A stretch of DNA of 64,000 nucleotides from the NCBI GenBank assembly GCA_000004985.1, contig GG738847.1; one strand, given 5' to 3'. Below the pieces are notes generated by a model, which made no database searches, was not told where the DNA came from, and saw nothing but the letters and a program-made list of their open reading frames with translations. Positions 63,199 through 64,000 of this stretch are shown piece by piece. Origin of the DNA: Naegleria gruberi (Eukaryota). Each line of letters opens with the position of its first letter. The first letter of the stretch is position 1. Made by a program: the position numbers and the translations under genes.

Positions 63199-64000
63199 AT
63201 GTCAAGATGCCCGCAACTACATTCTATTTCCATTATTTGTTTAGTATTGTTGTTGGTTAATCAAGCCTTGTCAAGTTACATTGCTCCGAAAACTTGTTCA
63301 TCATCAACTTCATCAGATTCGTATAAATATTGTGGACGAATTTCAATAACGGAATTAGAAACTAACTTTATCTACTCACAAGTAACAACATTTCCAACAG
63401 ATTTTATATCTGCCAAACCAAATACATGCCTCTCTATCACTCCTTCTAACTTTACCCTTGATGAACAATATCCAAATCATCAAATTATTGGAAACCCTTT
63501 CTTTTCTATCGGAAAGTATTTTAACACAACTTGGTGTACATGTCGATGGAAAAACACAACCTCCATCATTTCTACACGGAGGGAAATATGTGCCACCAAT
63601 CAAGATTCCAAAATATTTTACATTATTTCAGATTCGTATAATGTTGACAAGACGAAAGGATTTATTTTGGTGGATGACATTGTGAATGAAAATTATTTTG
63701 CAAATAATACAATTTTAATGCCAACTGCTTATGATGATAGTGTATTTATTGTAAAAGGACCTAATTTTGCATTGACAAGTTGGAAAAATGGAATTATTGG
63801 AACAGTTTCGAATAATCATCCAAAACTTTTAACAGATACTTCATTTCAATTTCAAATTAGTTCTGTGGGAAGTGGAGATAAGAATGGAATAGGAATCACT
63901 CTGAAAAATCTTTATTCCAATGATTGTGTAACTGCCTCCATTGATCCATTCACATCGGGAATTAAACTCCGAATGCAAACTTGCTCTGGAGTTACAACTT
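63199..64000 (+). CDS. Secreted cysteine-containing protein, 3' partial (runs off the window end).
   Basis: ATG at 63199. Signal peptide MSRCPQLHSISIICLVLLLVNQALS. Frame is open for 267 codons to the window end. Absent from the ORF track because no stop is reached. Confidence 0.5.
   Translation, partial: MSRCPQLHSISIICLVLLLVNQALSSYIAPKTCSSSTSSDSYKYCGRISITELETNFIYSQVTTFPTDFISAKPNTCLSITPSNFTLDEQYPNHQIIGNPFFSIGKYFNTTWCTCRWKNTTSIISTRREICATNQDSKIFYIISDSYNVDKTKGFILVDDIVNENYFANNTILMPTAYDDSVFIVKGPNFALTSWKNGIIGTVSNNHPKLLTDTSFQFQISSVGSGDKNGIGITLKNLYSNDCVTASIDPFTSGIKLRMQTCSGVTT

Noticed and set aside
1-64000. Prokaryotic operon or defence-island interpretation, and a search for tRNA/rRNA genes
   Set aside because: Numerous canonical GT-AG introns split conserved domains, and there are no Shine-Dalgarno-style arrangements. 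The families present are eukaryotic (G-alpha, Rho, eIF4A, Arp, CDC123, Kelch, BTB). No convincing tRNA T-loop or A/B-box pattern (GGTTCGANTCC) or rRNA-like segment was seen by eye.

Overview
This 64 kb window is gene-dense eukaryotic nuclear DNA, not prokaryotic. Overall GC content is roughly 30%, TAA and TGA are used as stop codons, and many genes carry very short spliceosomal introns (41-97 nt) with GTAAGT/GTATGT/GTAGGT/GTGAGT donors and YAG acceptors. Because of these introns the supplied ORF track fragments many genes, and several ORF starts in the track are TTG/GTG alternative starts rather than real ATGs. I resolve about 38 protein-coding genes, 13 of them multi-exon with exon coordinates worked out by hand from conserved motifs. 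The content is typical of a free-living AT-rich protist with expanded signalling families. It includes a PAS-domain receptor cyclase, a RasGEF, many kinases, Kelch/BTB/LRR/F-box-like families, DUF4116-like repeat proteins and Asn/Gln-rich low-complexity proteins. There are also several bacterial-type enzymes that now carry introns. The overall flavour is reminiscent of heterolobosean amoebae such as Naegleria, but that cannot be verified from sequence alone. The most notable items are: (1) a Rho-like GTPase-SAM-protein kinase fusion gene with 7 exons including a 6-nt microexon; (2) a secreted, highly cationic RG/RS-rich protein ending in a CHAP/NlpC-P60-like papain-fold amidase domain, a candidate domesticated antibacterial amidase effector; (3) a cluster of a kinase-DUF4116 repeat gene (with an in-frame TGA or a cryptic 42-nt intron), a strongly divergent G-alpha-like pseudo-GTPase and a second DUF4116 gene; (4) degenerate paralogs of core GTPases and helicases, namely eIF4A-like with DEAD changed to CDEM and EF2-like with NKLE. 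No rRNA, tRNA, CRISPR array or obvious transposon was found. A 2.3 kb ORF-poor gap at 25.5-27.8 kb is unexplained.
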